From Octopus sinensis (lineage: Eukaryota): DNA of 64,000 bases. The translations under genes and the position numbers were made by a program. Each line of letters begins with the position of its first letter. Position 1 is the first letter of the stretch. Location: the NCBI RefSeq assembly GCF_006345805.1, contig NC_043008.1, forward strand, positions 25,172,001 through 25,236,000. Direction: 5' to 3'. A model generated the notes under the pieces. It worked only from the letters and a program-made list of their open reading frames with translations. It made no database searches and was not told the origin of the DNA. Positions 35,511-50,111 of this stretch are shown one piece after another.

Positions 35511-38500
35511 TTTAACAATAATTTTTTAAAATATTGTTTAATCTATTTAAAAGTATAGTAGCAATTATACGTTATGACATATTTAGTTGATCCTGGGAAT
35601 GCTTACAGAAAGTAATTTTCAATAATACAAATATAAAACAATAAAAATAGGATTACTTTTGTTTTCATGTGCTTCAAAATCTATACAAAACCTTGTTCTA
35701 AATCATGATCTATCTATGCAAAATTCATATTTGGGAGTTAGCATAAATTATTTGATGCAGATTTGGGGAGACAAAACAAACATTTTCTTATGTTTGCTTT
35801 TTAAAAATGTTGATAATGAGTAGAAAATGCATATGGAAAATTGTAAATAGCCTTTCTAACTCATACCAGTATAGAAAATGATTATAAAATTATAATTATA
35901 ATTTGTGATTGTGATTGTGCTGACCTTATGAGGTAACTATATCAGTTAATGAATTTTAACAAAGTGCAATAAAAAAGCCTCCTTAGTCTTAAAGGCCTTC
36001 AAAAGAGAGAAAATTATATGTGATTTTATAGCATCAAGTAAATGAAACATAATATGTCCACTCTTCTGCACAGGAGGCCATTTCAGATAACTATCAGAAA
36101 TAGACACCTGAATAAGTATAGTGAGGTATTGAAGAAAGTGTCTTTGGTTTAGAAACAACAAAATATTTGCAACAGCTTTAAATTTACATTCTATGGGAAA
36201 GTTGTTGAATACTTTATCTGATTTGCTATTTCATCTTTACAGTTTATGAATTAGACATTTGAAAACACCTGCCCATAGAAACCGCATTTCAATAAAGAAT
36301 TCTACTATAATTTATTTTATCACCAACTTTATATCTGTGGACTCAATAAAACTTGTGGTGAGTTTAGCTTTGTTATTTACATATTCACAATTAGAAACCT
36401 ACATCTTATATTTCATAAATATTTTAATGTGATAGCTTAAGCAAGATACAACAGTTGTAGATGTTAATACATTGTATAGGGAAGTATGATTTAATTTCAT
36501 AAAAATATTTGTTGCAGATGATGAAATTGTTTTAGAAATGAAGTTTCTGAGATTACTTTTTGCAACAGTTGATAATTTCGGAAAATATATGCAGCAAGAT
36601 TTCGTGAACTATTTCAGAACTCATCTGTTCAAAGTACAGAAATTCATAAGTTCAACATTTGTTTATAGTTTCAATATTATTAATTAGATGAAACAGAATT
36701 ACTTTTCTGAAAAGAGTGTCAGTTTATTAAATGAAATATTTTTGGAACTGGACCTCATTTCATAAGATTAGCTGTATTCTGGAATGTAGAAATAAGTGGC
36801 TTGAAACTGAATTAATAATTCTATAATTGTTTTATACAGCCATTGATAATTATTAAAATCACATTAATTATGCTTTTTAGAAAGCTTCTAGGATGGTCAT
36901 AAACCAATATTTCTCTGCTTATCAAAAGAACTCAATGGAACCATATTAAGATTTTATTTCACATCGTCAAATTTTGTCAGAGGCACAATTATTGCACTTT
37001 ATTATAAAATTTCCATTTGAATCCCACTTCTAAACACATGGGAAAATTATTTGTTTTTTCACAGAAAAAACAGTAGTTTATAATAGCATTAAGCTCTTGG
37101 CTAGTGAAGTCAGCAAGATAGTTTCAGTTCTCAAGTTGTTTCCCTTCTGTTCAATGCATAGGAAAATAGCTGAAGTTAGCAAGATGCTTATTATAAGTTT
37201 CTCTTTCCCTCAACTCACCATTCAAACTTGCAGGATTATCAGTCACTGAATAGATTGTTTCCTGTAATCTAGATATCTATTCACTCTTTATTTTAAATTA
37301 AGTCTATATGTGTTGATACCTTTCTGGCATTCAAATTGCTGCAGAACCCTTGTGTCAAACAAAAAGTTTTATGTAAGCTGAGGACAGCAGGATATCAATA
37401 TACAATGGTTTCAGGTGGTGGCAGTATACATAAGAAAATGGTTGTGTACAGGGAGTTAAACATCTGGCAACTATTTTAGTTCTACTTTTAACAATTCGTT
37501 TTTATTTACACTATAATAAAAGCAGAACTGTATTTGTGAATGTTGATGATTTTTTCCAGTATCTGCTTAAAAATGAGAATGTGAATGAACAAATAACAGC
37601 TAAAAAAGATTATTTCTTTCTCTAGAACAATTGCCAATGAAAGAAAAGTACTCCAGGGATTTTAAATAGAATTTTTGTTTAGAGCCATAAAAGATTTTCT
37701 TTCAATGTATTTTCTTTTGTTTTTGTAGTTATTTATTTATTTATCAATTATCTTTGACATTTTGGCATTTGGCATCTTTCCTAAACGTGAATGCATTTCC
37801 TTCCTCAAATAAGATAATAATATTAATATAAAGTGGCATTTCTATAGCCAATATAACTTAGTTTAGTTTTGAAAACTTCTCAATAGATCTCCATGTGTTA
37901 GGAGTTAGAAAAAAAGAAAAAATAGATATGCACACTTTAGTTTAAAAAATATATTGGATATATCATTGTAGAGCTTTCTAATAAATTCTTGACTGTTGTT
38001 GATTTAACCAGTGATTGTTGCAGAAATACCATTTGAGGTTAAGCAACTGAAGTGAAAAACATATCAACTAGAATTATTGTAGTTAGTTCAATCTGAATGA
38101 TAGACTTGTACATATATAATTATATTTAGTATTGATTTCTAGCAATGGCCCAAGGCCTCAGATTTAAAGAAATGAGAATTTAAAATTGCTTTTTTTTTAA
38201 GCTTTAAAGATGTAAAGTGTTCTTGTGGATAGGTAGAGTTTAGAGCTATAGGCTATAAAGAAAAGTTTTGTTAGCGTGACTTAATGAGCCCAAGTCCATT
38301 TACTAAGCTAGATTAAGCAAAAGAAATCTCTCTACATAATCATTCTTAAGTGATTTCTAAAACCTCTGTAGCTGGATTTCAAATTTTGATACTCTTAAAT
38401 AAATTTAGTAAAATTTCAGACTAGTTCTGTTTAATTATTTATATTATTTACATTATTTACATTTGATGGATATTTGTTCTCATCTTGTTTGTTGTTAACA

Positions 38501-39429
38501 CTGTTTAATATATGAAAAATCCTTGCTTATAACTTATGATGTCATAAGATGCTATGCCTCACAGTCAAGCTGGAGCTAAGTATTTTGCAATGCTACTTAG
38601 AACAACATTATTGTTGCAATATACCAACAGTTCTTTTTCACAGAATCTTGTGTTCTGGATCACCTTTACATAGATGAAAGAGAAAAATTTCTTCGTTTTG
38701 CCCCAGCTCAGCTTTGATTCAGCATACCTCTTTCTATGCAGACTCTGTCTGTTGTCAGGGGAATGTATCTTGGACTAAAATACTGTTTTTCTTCTTTATG
38801 ATAGTAAATTACGATCTAAATGAAATTTGACTGCTATTTTCTATAGTTGCCATATAGTAACTCCCTTGTAGGCAACAATAATATTTTATGGGTGAACTTT
38901 GAAAATTTAGATAATTTATCTTGTGATTGATACCTTCTTGAATAAATTGATCAGGTGTTTACTTGAAATATAAAGTATTTGCATATGAAATAGATTATAA
39001 CTTCAATTACTGATATTTATCAAATGTCAACTTTGATCAAGTAAAACTATGATCAAAGCAATTCAATCATGATATGCATTTAAGGAATATTTAGAATTAT
39101 ATTACTGAAGTTTCATTACATGTTATAAGAGAGCAGAATGTGATGTAAGATTTTTGTTGTTATGTGTAGCAGACAGAAAAAACACCTTGGGCACTAGTGG
39201 AAGTATTAATTCCCAGTAAAATTATCAACATAGAAACAAAAGGTTTTATTTTCTTTTGTGAGCTTTACGTCTAAATTAATATATAAACTGGACTCATATC
39301 AGCAGAGTTGTATATATATGATTACTTAATCTGTAATACAAATAAGATATGACAGTAAAGAATTATATAAATACATATATATGTACGTGTGTGTGTGTGT
39401 GTGTGTGTGCATGCACTGAGATCTGAGAC

Positions 39430-40990
39430 ACTGAAGTTGATATGGTTACAGCAAAAGAACATTAAGATGAATTATGTAAAAGGCTTAAGGCTTTTCTTTG
39501 CAGCCAATGGTGTGAAAAACGACAAAGAAACAAACTGTACTCTTGTCTATGGTTGTTCAACAACATTTGACAAACTCTATCAAAGTCATGGAGAAACAAA
39601 TTCACACAACCTCGAATGAAATTCATGAGCAAATCATGAAATCAACAAATCAAGAAATCATCAACCAGTATGTCACAACATATAGAAAAATGTATAAGAA
39701 GTGTAATTTTGGGGCAAACCAAATGAACCTCTTTGCGATAGACTAGTGGGGGGAATCTGAATGAGAAAGGACACTGACAATAGACTGTATCCTCGAAATA
39801 TTGTTGGCAGTTGAATCAGTCACAAAGTGTTACAAGGACATTCAAAACATGCAAGGCTTACTAGGAGATATATCTGAAAATTCCATTCATAAACTACTAG
39901 AGAAATATGAATGCTACCATTGTGGAAATACCAACCATCCTCCTAATGTGTGTCCTTTCAAAATTAAGGAAAGTTTTGCATGCCAGCATAGCAGGCAAAT
40001 CTGTCAAAAATGTCAATCTGGTGGGAGAACGAAGGACTCACACTGGTGTTTACTTTTGAAAATCTTCATCAATATTTATTTGTATGGGAATTTTTTTCAA
40101 CTTTTACACCAATCATAAACCACTGCTAAGATTGTTTCTAGAAAACAAGTTAATTTCTCCTCTGAGTGCAATATTCAGCACTGTTTCTAGCAGTCTACAA
40201 CTACAAATTAGATCCTCCAATTGGTAATGCTAACTGCCATACTCATTTACCAATGAATGCCCGAGTGGGTGATTATTCCAAATCAGAGAATCGCGTTCAT
40301 ATAATGGATTTGATCAAATCTCCTGTTACTGTGGCCAAAATGCATTCAGAGACCAGAAAAGAAACTGTTCTGAGTCGGGTAAATGAATTCACAATGAATG
40401 GCTGTGGATACTGCACAATAGCTGCTAAAAGAAATCCCTACTTTATCAAGGCAGAAGAATTGAGTTATTGAGTTATGAGGATGGTGTTGCTCCTGAGGAG
40501 AAATTGATAGATATTTCTCATAAAGTAAGGCCGATGATATTCCAGGAACTACACTAAATTCATGTAGGAATAGCACATATAAAAGCTCTGGCTAGATACT
40601 ATATGTGGTAATAAAAGTTGGATGCTAAGATTGAAATGATATATAAGGCTTGTGAAGTATGCATTTAGGATCAAAGCAGTCTCAAACATGCTTCAACTCA
40701 TCTTTTGGAATATTCCAGTCAGACATGAGAAAGAGTACATGTAAATTTTGTTCCATTCATGGGGTAGATGTTCTTAATTACTGTTGATGCCTACTCAAAA
40801 TGGATGAAAGTTTGTATCCTGAATTCAGTAGCTGCCACAGCCTGACTGAAGAAATTGAGAAGAATCTTGGTACCAGTGATATCAATAAGTGACAATGGTC
40901 CATGTTTCATTAGTAAAGAGTTTAAATAGTTAATGAACTTTAATGGAGTGAGGCATATACTCATTACTCCATATCACCCCTCCTACACTA
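39430..40990 (+). mobile_element. highly degenerate Ty3/Gypsy LTR retrotransposon internal region (gag, end of RNase H, integrase)
   Basis: Gag-like FFAANGV, knuckle CYHCGNTNHPPNVC, ALFLAVYNYKL, and integrase motifs KALARYYMW, VDAYSKW, SDNGPCFISKEF, TPYHPS. Confidence 0.85.
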
Positions 40991-41204
40991 ATCCAGTCAG
41001 CTGAATTATTAGTACCTCATATTCTTCCAGTTACAGCTGAAGTTCTGTTATTCCTGAAATACCAGTACAGTATGCAACACAATGATCATAATGTGTATGT
41101 GTGAGTTACCTGAAATGTCAGGTAAAGTTTGTGTGTGTGCTTCTGTTTGTCCCATGCCATTGCAGTAAACCCAGTACTGGTCTTTTTATGTCACCTTAAT
41201 TTTG

Positions 41205-41320
41205 TGGTTCAGATAAAATAAGTAGTAGACTGAAAAGCATAAGTACTGGGGTCAATTTGTTCAACTTAATCCATGAAGGTAGTACCCCAGCATGGCCACA
41301 ATCTAGTGACTGAAACAAGC
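41205..41320 (+). repeat. SINE 3' fragment
   Basis: AAGTACTGGGGTC...GTACCCCAGCATGGCCACA..TGACTGAAACAA is shared with 50112-50490 and 45180-45575. Confidence 0.65.
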
Positions 41321-41454
41321 ATGAGGTACATATACAGATGTATATATGCATAAACATATAAATACATATATGGGTTTGTATGTACACAAGTGCATATATA
41401 TATGTGTATGTATATATATACACATGTGTGTACACATACACACAGATATACATA

Positions 41455-43585
41455 CATGATGGCCGTCCACTCATGACCGAGGAAGACCATTGCCGACCTT
41501 CAGGAACATTGTGCGCTCTAGGACTAACTTATATTTTGCATTTGCGGCTCCGTTAGTGGCTAACGAGCCCTGCTCTTGACAAGCATACACGACTGCAAAC
41601 ATTGCAGACCAAGCTTTCCCCATTCACTATACGAGCCGTGCACTTTCGCACAGCTCGCTTAAGTTCTTCATGCTGGATACGTGCTCTCTCAAAAGTGTCG
41701 GTCCCCTCCTTAACCTGCTTCCGCCCTCTGTGACGATGACAGGCATTGTTCTCCCAGTCAGTGTCCTGCATATCAAAGGCATTTAACGAGGACTTGACAC
41801 AGTCCTTAAATCGCAGCCTTGGTTTCTGCCGGAGTCTCCTTCCATTCACAAGTTCTCCATAGAGCATCTGCTTAGGAATCCTTCTATCCTCCATTCTAAT
41901 AAGGTGTCCAGTCCAACGCAACCGGTGCCTGTGTACCATCGCCTCAATACTCAAGATATCAGCTGTCCTCAGGATCTGTGTGTCTGGAATTTTTGAGGTC
42001 CAGCCAACATTGAGAATGTGTCTGAGACATCTCTGATGAAAACGTTCAAGGACCCTGACCTGACGTTTGTACAGAGTCCATGTCTCACATGAGTAGAGAA
42101 GCGATGTCAGTACACAAGCACGGTACACAGCAACTTTTGTTCTCCTTGCGATGCCATGTTGGGACCAGACACAAGACTGAAGAGACCGGAAGGAATTAGT
42201 TGCTCTCTGCAACCTGAAAGATATTTCTCCATCCAGGGAGCAAGAACGGCTGAGTGTGCTGCCCAGGTAGACAATCTTGTCTACTACCTTCAGAATCGTT
42301 CCTTCAACCAAGATAGCTGGTTCTATATATGGATTTCCTGGTGCAGGCTGGAACATTACAACAGTCTTGTCCAGGCTAATGCTGAGTCCAAATGCCCTGC
42401 AAGAAGCAGAAATGCAATTCATGAGTATTTGCATGTCATCCAGTGTATGAGTGACTAAGTCACAGTCATCTGCATAAAGGAGGTCACGAATAATAAACTG
42501 GGAAACCTTTGAATTGGCAGCAAATCGGCAAAGATTAAAGAGGTGGCCAGAAGATCGATATCTGACATATATTCCCAGAGAGCTAACCTTAGCAAAAGCA
42601 TGAGTAAAAGTAGCAGCAAAGTACAAAGAAAAGAGAGTTGGGCAAGGATGTCACCCTGCTTAACACCATTCTCTAAAGGAATGGGTCCTGCCATGGCACC
42701 ACCAACATTGACCCAAGCCTCCATCCCATCATGAAATGATTTAATTATTGATACAAAGTGATCCGGACATCCAAGTTTGCCAAGTATTTTCCATAGAAAG
42801 GCCCTATATACAGTATCAAAGGCCTTAGTTAAATCAATGAATACCTGGACAAGATCCATATTCTGCTCATAGCACTTCTCCTGCATCTGTCTTGCTGTGA
42901 AAATCATATCCATTGTCCCTCTACCAGATCGGAAGCCACATTGAGATTCAGATAGGACATCATTTACGAGACACCCATTCAGATGGGTAAGAAGAATATT
43001 TGCCAGAACCTTGCCAGTAGCTGATAGTAGAGCAATACCTCTGTAGTTACCACACATTGTTCTGGCTCCTTTTCCTTTATACAGAGGAAGAATAATTGCA
43101 TCCTTCCAGTCCTGAGGGACTGCACCATCCCTCCAGACTGCACTAATAAGTTCATGAAGGGACTTGTGATGCAATTACCACCAAATCGCAAGACCTCAGC
43201 ACAAATTCCATCCTTTCCAGGTGCCCTACCAAGATTCAATTTACTTATTGATGTCATTACTTCATGTATTGATGGCGAGGAGTCTAAGGAGTCAATGATA
43301 GGTCTTTGTTTCATAGTATCAATCCACAACTGACTAATGGTTTAGGAGTTCAGAGAAGTGTTCGATCCAGCGACCTGTGATTTCTGTTGATTTAGTAAAC
43401 ATATTGGAAGACTCCTTGGAAAGCAAAGGAGCTGATGTGGAGCTCTTAGGTCCATAAGCTCGCTTCATAAGATGGTAAAGCTTCTTGCTGTCATTTGCAT
43501 CAGCAGCAGCCTGAACATCATGAGCAAGATCCTCCCACCAAGTGTTCTGCATCTTCCTGAGAGATCACTGCAGTAGTGATTTTTA
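41455..43585 (-). mobile_element. RTE-clade LINE, 5'-truncated, RT broken by frameshifts, flanked by TACA/TA microsatellites
   Basis: RAPGKDGI, NYRGIALLS, ESQCGFRSGRGTMD, FIDLTKAFD, GVKQGD, LLYADD, YLGS, RLRWTGHLIRM, and C-terminal CNVC..GLVSH. Confidence 0.95.
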
Positions 43586-43719
43586 CATATACATATACAT
43601 ACATACATACATATATATATATTTATATATATATAACCTGTCAATAGAGTATATACATCAAATATGAAATATAGATGGGCATTTTAATTTGATACTGCTT
43701 CAACTGTGCAAGTGGATTT

Positions 43720-44598
43720 TACAAGGGAAACCAGAATTTTGTAATGGTGTTTTATTCATTTAGTTTTACATGTTTACACTTTTATCTCTATTTGAAGCAA
43801 TGCATCAGTCCAAGTGCATTTTCCACAGTTCAAGCAGTGCTGGAACTCTTGCAAAATGATACCTTTTAATACCTCTGTTGTTTTTTTTTTCTTCACCTCT
43901 TCCACATCTGCAAATTCCATAGCACCAGCTTTCATCACTGGTGATGACATTCAAAAAAGGTCCAGGTCAACTTCCAAGTGATCTTTCAGTTCATGACATG
44001 CATTCAGTCATGACTGCTTTTGATCTTTCCTGAGCAAGCAAGGCACAGATTTTGCTGCAAACCTTTTCATTCACAATTCCTCGCTCAAAATCAGTTAGCA
44101 GGAGCTCCAGAACACACCAATCATATCAACAAGTTCATTAATTGTTCAGTGACTGTCTTCCAAGATCCTGAATTTTTAACGTTTTCATTCATTTGGGAGG
44201 TAAATGGTCACCCTGAATGAAGTTGGTCTCCAAGCGACAAGTGACCATTCCTAAAGCATGAAAACCACTCGTAAGCTTGTGGTTTGCTCATAGCAGCATC
44301 CTTGTAAGCTATTTGAAGAATGACAACTGTTTCAGCTGCCATTTTCCCCAGCAGAAAACAGAATTTCATAGAAGCACACTGTTCCTTCATTTTGGCCATT
44401 GCATAAAATCAACAAACAGGAGAGAAGCACTGCAAAACAAAAGCACATTGCATGATCGTACAACCTCACCCAATGCCACCAATCAGCAGACTGAAGCCTG
44501 ACCATTGCATCAAGTGGCTTCTAGTGGCGGAAGTCCAAACTACAATGGGCTTGTCCCACAGAGAACATTTCCAGTTACTTTTAAATACCCCCTTGTAT
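43720..44598 (-). mobile_element. degenerate, internally deleted mariner
   Basis: KEQCASMKFCFLLGKMAAET...YEWFSCFRNG...HSG is a mariner N-terminal HTH. TIR remnants TACAAGGG at 43720 and CCCCCTTGTA ending ~44597. Confidence 0.85.
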
Positions 44599-45179
44599 AT
44601 ATGTGAGTGTATGCGTGTGAGTGTGTGTGTGTGAGTGTGAGTGTATGTGGGAGTGTGTGTGTGCATGTGCACATACATGCATGCATTTGTTTATTTCCAT
44701 GTGTGTGTTTCATAATTTTAAGCACACCATATTTTTCTGATGGTAAGTAAATAATTCCATCTTAGTGAGTGATGTTAATGAGCAAGTTTCTTTTCTTTTT
44801 GAAGCCATTTTTCAATATTTATAACATTGATGTTTTTGATTTAGGCATGAACTTTAAAAATGATCGTAAATTTTTGTTGCCACCTTAGCTCCAGGATATA
44901 GTAATAAGTATACATTACATTTTTTCTTTTACCAATCACACTTTTGAATCTAAATGTGCTAATTGATGATAATTAATTTCTGACTATTGTCAGTTGTAAA
45001 AATCTCAGTTTTCTTATTGCCAATTTTGTTTCATTGACATAATTTCTGACATGGACTTTATCCTTAATATTACACCAAAATTAATACAGTATGGATTAGT
45101 ATGGTTTCTGTTGTAGCTGACTTTCATTTTTATACAATGCAAATCTGATTAAAATCTGACTAAAATCTGATTTAATCAT

Positions 45180-45575
45180 GAAGCTTGCTTTGCAGCCATG
45201 TAGTTTCTGTTTCAGTTTCACTGTGTAACACCTTAGATAAGTGTCTTCTACTATATTGCCCCAGGCCTACCAATGCTTAGTGAATGTATTTGGCAGAGGG
45301 AAACTTTGCAGAGACCCTTCACAAACCCTCTCTCTCTCTCTCTCTCTCTCTGTATATATATATATATATACACACACACATGCATGTGTATGTGTCTATA
45401 TTTGTTATTCTGCCATTGCTTGACAGCTGTTACTGGCTTGCTTACATCCCTGTAACTTAGTAATTTGACAAAAGAGTCTAATGCAATATGTAGCAGACAT
45501 AAAAATACAAATAGTTGGGGTCATTTTTCTCATCTAAACCCTTCACTTGAGCATGCCTGCAGTCATTGAAACAAA
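45180..45575 (+). mobile_element. SINE copy with internal (CT)n(TA)n(CA)n microsatellite
   Basis: Same architecture as 50112-50490: tRNA-like head, GTGTCTTCTACTATA..CC core, microsatellite, TGAAACAA tail. Confidence 0.65.
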
Positions 45576-48500
45576 AGGAAAAAATTGAATTTAAACATTA
45601 TTATGATCATTGTGTTGCATACTGTACTTTTTAGAAAGGCACACATAATTGTTGCTTGTCAAACTGGTACACCATGTTACCACTGCACTTCTTAGATGAC
45701 TAGTTGTTTGTAATATGGGTATCAGTAAAAACAATTACATTGCTAAAAAAATCATCTTACAAGTGTTATATTATAATTCATATATTTCCTCTTGCTATAA
45801 CTCCATGCATTTTTCAATTAATATGAACTGTCTGTTATTGAAACTAAATGTGCTTTGATTCCAGTCTTAAGATTAAATTTTTAGAATATGTTCCAATGTC
45901 TGATGTTATTACTACTTTATAAATCTCTCACATGCACATACATTTTTGATATTTTACTAAATCAACCACATTTATTAAATCATATTGTTTTTAATCTTGT
46001 TTATTACTTGTACCAAATGCATTATTGTTCTTTGAATTGTTATCGGAGTAGTTTAGCTTGCAAATATCACTAGCAACATTTTGTGAAGTTGTAAATTTTC
46101 TATATTAATTTTATCTGAAACAAAATGATTATGATTTTGTTAAAATTAAAACATAACAACAAAAATGTTGAAAATCAAGAGAATGCTTTAATCTTATATT
46201 AATGACTAGATTTCAAATGGAATTATTTGTGTGTCTTCACCTATAGACATTCATAAAATGGATGCACACATGTACAAACAAACACTCGAGATTGTTGAAC
46301 AAAAATCCAATTTTCTCAAATCAATTTAAATCAGTTAACCAATTTTCTTAGACAATGTTTTCTTCTAGTGATTATGGACATTTTCTTATCAGACGAATTT
46401 CTTTTTTAGAGAAATCGTATTAGACATTTGCACTTTGTCTTCAAGAAACTTAAAGAATGCAGAATTTTCTAGTTTAGGAAAGCTGTTCCATTGCAGAAAC
46501 ACAAAGTATGATATTGTTTTTTTGCAAATGATTGTAGATGTCTGCACAGTCAATGCAATGAACAAGCCCATAAACAAGCAATTAGATATTGTTTTGGACT
46601 TGTTAAATACTGATATGACAGGATCACAGGAAGTACTTTCAAATAAAGTTAAATAACACTTGCTATTATAAGACCTGTCTGAGTTGGCTCTGTGAATTAC
46701 CTAATTCAATTAAGTAAATCTTTTCATCTGAAGAAACTGAATGCTAGGGAATCATGTTAATATGTACTGGATGAAAAAAAAGTACTTATTTAGAAAACTA
46801 AATTTCATTTAATTTCTAATTTAACATGAAACATCAACTAAATATAACCATGGAAGATATGGCATTTTTAATGCATTCCTACTGTCTCTAATGTTTTGAG
46901 GAATAATTTTGAGGAATAATTTAATGTTCCTTGTTATGAGGAATAAATAATATGCTCCTTGTAGTAACAAAATGTTCCTTTTTGCTAATTAGGGAATGTC
47001 TATACAAAACTCGGCCTGCTAGAATAACAGCAAAACCATCCTCAAATCATATCCTATTATTTTCAAAATGGAAGAGAAAAACAAAACAATGCCTTTGATC
47101 ATTAGCTCACTTACTCAGGGTTCATCTGTGGCTAAGCATCATATTCATAACTTTTAACAGTTATTTTACTCTACATAAGCTAGCTAATTAGATAGATTGT
47201 TTGCTAATTAAATAGAGTGCCTACAAGACAGCACTTTAAAGGGGTTGAATTTTTTAATTTTAATTTTCAGAAGCAAGAAATGGAGACTATTTTTCTGATA
47301 TTGATAGCAATTTGTGTATTTCTTTGAATTGAAACTTTCATTTATTTTCTTGCTGATTTTAAGATCTGAAAGAGATTTGGCTGCTGATGTTAGTAGTTTG
47401 GGTGACTACATACAGGATTCCTTGTTCATTTAATGAAACTGGCCATTTTATTTAATATTGCTGTAAAGGTTAAATGAGAGTGTGGTTAGAAATGATTCTA
47501 TTATATTAAACAAATATAAATGATGTTTTGGGAGACTTAATTATCTCCATTTTTTTTAACTAATAAGCTATTTGTTTTTATTGTTGGTGATGTTTTGTCA
47601 CTTAAACTGTGTGTTTTTGATTATATTGAGTCATATTTCTAGAAATAATGCCAGTTCATTTCTCAGTCCTACCTTAAAATTCAGAATAACTTTCTACAAC
47701 ATGAACTCTTCCACAAGCCAGCAAAAATACTAGAGACATGCTATTGTCTCTCTATCTAAAATATATTCTACTTCTACTATTGCTGCCACTGTGGCCTCTT
47801 CCCATCAGAAGTTGCTGCTTTTATCCTACCATCCGGAGCTCTCTTAATTCACTTGTCTATCCTTTTCTTATCACCTACTTTATGTTTGCTCACACTTCCT
47901 TCACAAACAACTTCATCTGAGCTTTCCTTTTTAATATGTTTTCAGTCCCTTTTTCTGCTGCAACCATCAGCTTGAAACAATTTTTAAAGAATATTAACCA
48001 CATTGATGACCCCTGCTCCAATCTCAGAGTGTGTGCAAAGACTATTCCTTCAAACAAAACTGACAAAAGAAAATAATCCCCTATGGTTGCAAAATTATAT
48101 TTAATACATTAGCACTAAATATATTGAAAGTAATTTTGCATGCCATATCATTTCAAACCAGTATCAGGTAAAAAAAAATTAGAACCAAAAGAAACCAGTG
48201 AGGGTTTGTGCAATAAAATGTGGAATATAAAATAGGTTTGAGAACTATGTCTCCTATGGAAAGCAAACTTATACTACTTAGCAGTATCAGTATATATTTT
48301 AAGATCAATCATAATAGTGGGTGTTTTAATAAATATTACTAATCTCTTATGGATTTTAATGTAATGATTTCATTGGGGTACATGGTGAAATCAGCAGGTA
48401 GAGAGAGATGTTAGTCTCTCAGTCTAATTTTAAAATGAATACAGCAATTCTCTTTGTATTTCAATGTGTATATAATAATCTTACTTCGATTCAATAACTA

Positions 48501-48979
48501 AATTGGCCATAATTCTACCTTTTAACATAAAAAGATGAGATATAGTAGATTTCTGGTTAATAAACATAATCTCATGAAAGTAGAAACAATATATGATTGA
48601 TATTCAATTTCAATGTCACTAAGTCTTGCAAAATTGATATTTGATAATTACTTTCTTCATTAATTTAGTGTAAAACAATTAAGAGACATCTAACTCCATC
48701 AAGAACTTATCACTAATCTATATACTTCACATTATTTTCAAATGGTGAAAACTGCAGTTACATTGATACAACTCTCAAATGCAGTTCATTCAACAAGACA
48801 TCTGCACCCAAGATTTTCCATTACATTTCTTTAAAGTAACCTACCTTGATATACTTGTTCACCATTTAAACTTCTACAAATGTTTTTGTGCGTGCATCTG
48901 TGTGTGTGTATTGCAAGTCCAACAAGCTCTTTCAACTCCCTAATTAGAGTTGATCTTGTCCTCTTGTCTTGTAACAGCA

Positions 48980-49820
48980 TTCACCTTGGAGCAATTAAGC
49001 CAGCTCCTATTGAGTTCACCATGTAACAGATCAAAGCAGTCCACACACATCTTGTTGGCAGCTGATTCTGCAGTGTGTTGAAGCCATGGTTCCAGCGATG
49101 AATGCCAAAGGCTCGAGGGCTGGAAATGAACTCCATATCTGCTTTGACTGTCATGTCTAATCTGATCACCCCTCTCCTTACACCAACATGGGGAGAATCT
49201 GGTGCTATTGTCTTCTGAACGAGTTCATCATGGGGTTGCTGCAATGCATGACCAAACCACTGTGGTCTCCTTGTCAGAAGAGTTCCCTCAAGAGGTGAGT
49301 GACCATAGTGAGCATAAAGTTGTCAGTTCAAAACACAGTCTGACAAAGACAAATAGAAAAGTGGTTTGAAGAAATCCAGCTTTTGGAAATCAGCAACATG
49401 CATTGTCCAAGTTTTGCAACCATAGAGGAGAACTATTTGAACAAATGCCTGGTAAATATGGCCTTTTGTTGTGTGGCAGATTTCCTAATGTGACCATAAG
49501 CTCTTATGAAAGCAACAGGTCAACCATGTGTGATTGTTCCATATGGTGATTTCGTCCTCCCTGCCAGCCAGCAGCAGTGAAGGTGGATTCAAGATATGTG
49601 AACTCCTTAACCTCTTCCACAGCCTCTCTATCAAGATGATAGTGATCTAGGAGGATGGAGGTATGTTGGCTGAGACGACCTTCATTTGAAGGTGTTGATC
49701 TTCAGTCCAACTCTTGTGACAGTGAGATTTATCCTATCAAGAGCATGCTGGATGTTGCCATAGGACTCACCTAGTATGGCAACATCATTTTCAAAGTCGA
49801 GGTCAGTGACTGAGAAGATC
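48980..49820 (-). mobile_element. degenerate RTE-clade LINE fragment
   Basis: Minus-strand translation gives DLDFENDVAIL (degenerate DLDFADD), VGLKIN and RRPQWFGHALQ. Confidence 0.75.
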
Positions 49821-50111
49821 TTTCTAGTCCATTACCAATAGGATCTCTACCATCTTTACAAATCCTTTAATCTATCATGTCCCAAAACAGCTGACTCCAA
49901 CAGCAGTTTGTATTGTGTAAGTGTTAATGGCAGGACTAATCACCGAAACACAGGAAACACTTCATCAAATCTGCCTTTGATCAGCATAGACAGCTAGGTC
50001 TAGCTGAAAATAGTATGCCAAGGCTTTCACCCAGAGGTAGATTAACAGTGGCAAAATGGGAGACTGAATGACTATATAAGCCTGCTTGACTCTGTAATAC
50101 ACATCAACTGC

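Noticed and set aside
38440-38502. Fourth fragment of the hammerhead SINE tail
   Set aside because: The homology is real but it is truncated just before the ribozyme, so it adds only copy-number evidence.
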